The position numbers and the translations under genes were made by a program. A DNA stretch of 20,106 nt, from the NCBI GenBank assembly GCA_030141605.1, contig JAQGDQ010000859.1:67038-87143 (forward strand), in the 5' to 3' direction. Under the pieces are notes generated by a model that saw only the letters and a program-made list of their open reading frames with translations, was not told where the DNA came from and did not search any database. Shown here one piece after another: positions 19,510 through 20,106 of this stretch. This stretch comes from Tubiluchus corallicola. Its lineage: Eukaryota; Animalia; Priapulida. Within the stretch, counting starts at the first letter, position 1. Each line of letters opens with the position of its first letter.

Positions 19510-20106
19510 AAACCTACAAAATTAGCAAAATCAAGGGCATAATTGCGAGGATAAGACACTACGTAAATACAGATGTACTAAAACTAATATACCATGCTTT
19601 GGTTTATTCTTATCTTCACTATGGGATTCTTTCCTGGGGCACTGCATCTTCAAATACTTTAAAACCGATACAAACTCATCAAAACATTATAGTTAAGCTG
19701 ATGACATTTTCTGGTAGACGGGAACATGCAACGCCATCCTACATTAAATTGGGCCTCTTAAAACTGAATGATATCTACAAACTCGAGCTTGCAAAATTTG
19801 TATACAAATTTAAGAATAACTTACTACCAGAATTGTTTCTAAATTACTATACGCCAGCATCCGATATTCACAGTTACAACACTAGGTTTTCTACTAACAG
19901 TTCTTTCTTTATCGAACGATTTAATACATCTAAGGGTCAAACGTCGTTAAAATATCAGGGATCAGTATTATGGAACTCTCTACCTGCTCATATAACTTCT
20001 TTACCTCTGCATTCGCTAAAAAAACAGTACGCTAAGGCACTTCTTGAAGCTTACAAATAAATCAGTTTTTTTGTCTGTTAGATGTACATTCTTATGGTAA
20101 CTTTTG
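19510..20106 (+). mobile_element. 5'-truncated non-LTR retrotransposon (CR1/L2/Crack-group LINE): C-terminal end of ORF2 plus start of 3' UTR
   Basis: Frame is open 19488-20060: KISKIKGIIARIRHY...LIYHALVYSYLHYGILSWG...QNIIVKLM...HSYNTR...YQGSVLWNSLP, typical post-RT C-terminal motifs of this LINE group. The RT core is absent. Confidence 0.88.

Overview
AT-rich eukaryotic (invertebrate-animal-like) genomic DNA; the organism cannot be determined from sequence alone. The window is dominated by one minus-strand, intron-rich gene, an apparent TMEM145 orthologue (GPR180/TMEM145 family: signal peptide, lumenal domain, 7TM). I reconstructed 13 coding exons by hand from ATG 18936 down to 173, all with GT-AG boundaries and consistent phases (491 codons). 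The gene either splices out of the window at a donor at 172 or ends at TAA 140-142. The introns and upstream region hold repeat debris: a 5'-truncated CR1/L2-group LINE, older LINE and Tc1 remnants, a piggyBac-like MITE with TTAA TSDs, a Harbinger-like MITE, tRNA- and 5S-derived SINE-like heads, a near-perfect 64-bp-arm hairpin, two minisatellites and three long microsatellites. Most ORFs in the supplied track are repeat artefacts. I see no convincing novel biological system. The best leads are an RFX X-box whose core ATG opens a uORF overlapping the TMEM145 start, a composite tRNA/5S SINE-like family, the intronic hairpin and a ~750-bp pentanucleotide expansion abutting a splice acceptor. Family assignments rest on remembered motifs, not database searches.
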